Part shown: piece by piece, positions 62,356-64,000 of the stretch
How positions within the stretch are numbered: the first letter of the stretch is position 1
How the letters are laid out: each line of letters begins with the position of its first letter
DNA from: Iphione sp. A-MEVVRFRX5
Taxonomy: Eukaryota
Assembly: GCA_976226885.1 (NCBI GenBank)
Contig: OZ320314.1
Span: forward strand, 64,046,001-64,110,000
Reading direction: 5' to 3'
DNA length: 64,000 nt
Translations under genes and position numbers: made by a program
Notes under the pieces: model-generated
Databases searched by the model: none
What the model was told of the DNA's origin: nothing
What the model saw: the letters and a program-made list of their open reading frames with translations, nothing else

Positions 62356-62429
62356 CTGGCCCGACAAAATTACCTTACTCAGAGGAAATCACGAGAGCCG
62401 TCAAATTACACAAGTATATGGTTTTTATG
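62356..62429 (+). CDS. PPP6C: PPP6C exon 4 (not in the ORF track)
   Basis: cttcag|[26 protein letters not shown]|GTGAGT, phase 2 to 1, containing RGNHE. Confidence 0.95.
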
Positions 62430-63639
62430 GTGAGTACAGGAATTAGCTGTTTGCAAACTTCTTCTTCGCTCAGCACATACATATTAGAATATGTACATGT
62501 AAAGGTTTAAACATTTTTACAAGATAAGTAAAATGTAGATAGCTAAATGTCTAGTTTGTTGTCATGCTTCATTGGTTAATTTTTTTGCCGTAACTTAAAG
62601 GAGGTCTCAGAGCATTTGTATGTATAAGATGTAAAACCAAAGTATTGGAAAATATAAATGTTTTAAGTTTTTCAAACCCGGAAAATTTGTGTATCTTAGA
62701 ATCTGCCTCATTTAGGAAGGCAAGTTCTAGAAATACTGAGACCTCTGCTTTGAAGATCGAGGGGGGGGGGGGTCTAAATTAACATTTACAGCGATGTCCT
62801 TTGTGTCTGCAGGATACATCGGCAATACATGATCAATGTGTTCAGTGTATGTCAGTAGAACATTAGTGTTTTCTCGGTACTGACCTCTACTACTAGCAAC
62901 TATAGTGGCCTTTTCCTCACTTTTCGTAGTTCTTTGAAGTCTGAGCTGGTGCTTGGAGGTGTCTTATCACTGTCAGATGTAGGATTGAGAGCAGAGTGTC
63001 AAAGGAGAGGTTGTCATCGATGTGGCCGCTCCTTCTTCTCTCTACATAGTCTATGTGTAGAGGGTAGGGGTTGGTTGATGATTGGCAGGTCTTACTGCGG
63101 GGGGCTGATTGTGGGTCATCAGCAATGCCATCACCATGCCAGTGTTCAAAGACATCTGAAAATGATTAGCCATGTTATGATGCTGAAGTCAGTAGGGGAG
63201 AAGGAAATGTGTGTTTGGAAGGTGTGTTTGTCTGTATGTGGAGGATGGTACTGTGAAAAATGTGATTAAAGCATCAAAACTGCGCTCAGAACATTACAAA
63301 TTTTGAGTGTAGCATCAAAATTACACTCAGAACTCTATGCTCGACCTCCAGCATGCAGCTCTGCTCTGTCTCTGGCGCTTATGAAAACACAGAAAGAAAA
63401 AAAGAAGGCAGATACCATTTACAGTATTTTTGAGAAATTTGTTTAATGTATTCGGTTATATCTACATCATTGACAGAGGGCACTCCGTCATACTTATATT
63501 GAACAAGTACGTTTATAGTATTCCGTGCATCTTCAGGTTGTTGAGGGAAATTTATTTCATACCATGTGATCGTTTCTCTTGAAACTTCTGTAGAGACTTT
63601 TAAATCTGGATTGAATGTACGTTGCTTTTCTCTATTCAG

Positions 63640-63719
63640 ACGAGTGCCAGACCAAGTACGGCAATGCCAATGCATGGCGCTACTGCTGCAAGGTGTTTGA
63701 CCTGTTAACGGTTGCCGCG
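63640..63719 (+). CDS. PPP6C: PPP6C exon 5 (gene continues beyond window)
   Basis: attcag|[27 protein letters not shown]|GTATGT, phase 1 to 0. Confidence 0.95.
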
Positions 63720-64000
63720 GTATGTCTCTTCTCAAACTGCCCATTTATATTTATTTTTGAGAAAATAATAAAGTCGTTTCATGTTTTCAGTATGTTGTTT
63801 GAACACTAAGTATGGTTCCTTTTGTTGCCCAAGATTTACGTGATTAGGGTTTCTAATCGATGGCTCTTTTTTCATTTGTTCCATTATTATTTCAAGAAAA
63901 TAGAAGGTATATGACTGTCGCCTCAGAAAGTCTGTTTATATTTCAATTTTGATCGACATCAACAGGGCGACCCTAGAAACACGGTTTTTTGAACTAAACT

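Noticed and set aside
1-64000. tRNA, rRNA or other structured ncRNA genes
   Set aside because: No cloverleaf, A/B-box pair or rRNA-like sequence recognised by eye; tRNAscan/Infernal would be needed to exclude them.

Overview
This is an AT-rich animal genomic window with GT-AG introns and abundant TACATGTA. The organism looks like an invertebrate, possibly lancelet-like; that is inference only. Two host genes point away from each other. On the minus strand is a large, mostly disordered protein: five coding exons in consistent phase (23553 down to about 576, about 960 aa so far), probably continuing left of the window. On the plus strand is the protein phosphatase 6 catalytic subunit, PPP6C (exons 1-5, 58618-63719, continuing right). 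The roughly 35 kb between them is transposon-rich. It holds a decayed, nested Ngaro/DIRS element; a complete Sola DNA transposon (28958-33338) with TIRs, an ATAT target duplication and a spliced transposase broken by two stop codons; a pile of Gypsy, CR1-like, Tx1 and Ngaro fragments (38-44.6 kb); and a near-full-length esterase-ORF1 LINE (51821-57981) broken by one stop and lying head-to-head with PPP6C. The least explained segment is 33.6-37.6 kb. It contains compact intronless ORFs and ORF remnants, and two outward-reading frames share a perfect 29-bp near-palindromic inverted repeat that is in frame (FLKAYPFST) in both. All calls come from reading and hand-translating the sequence; no database searches were run.
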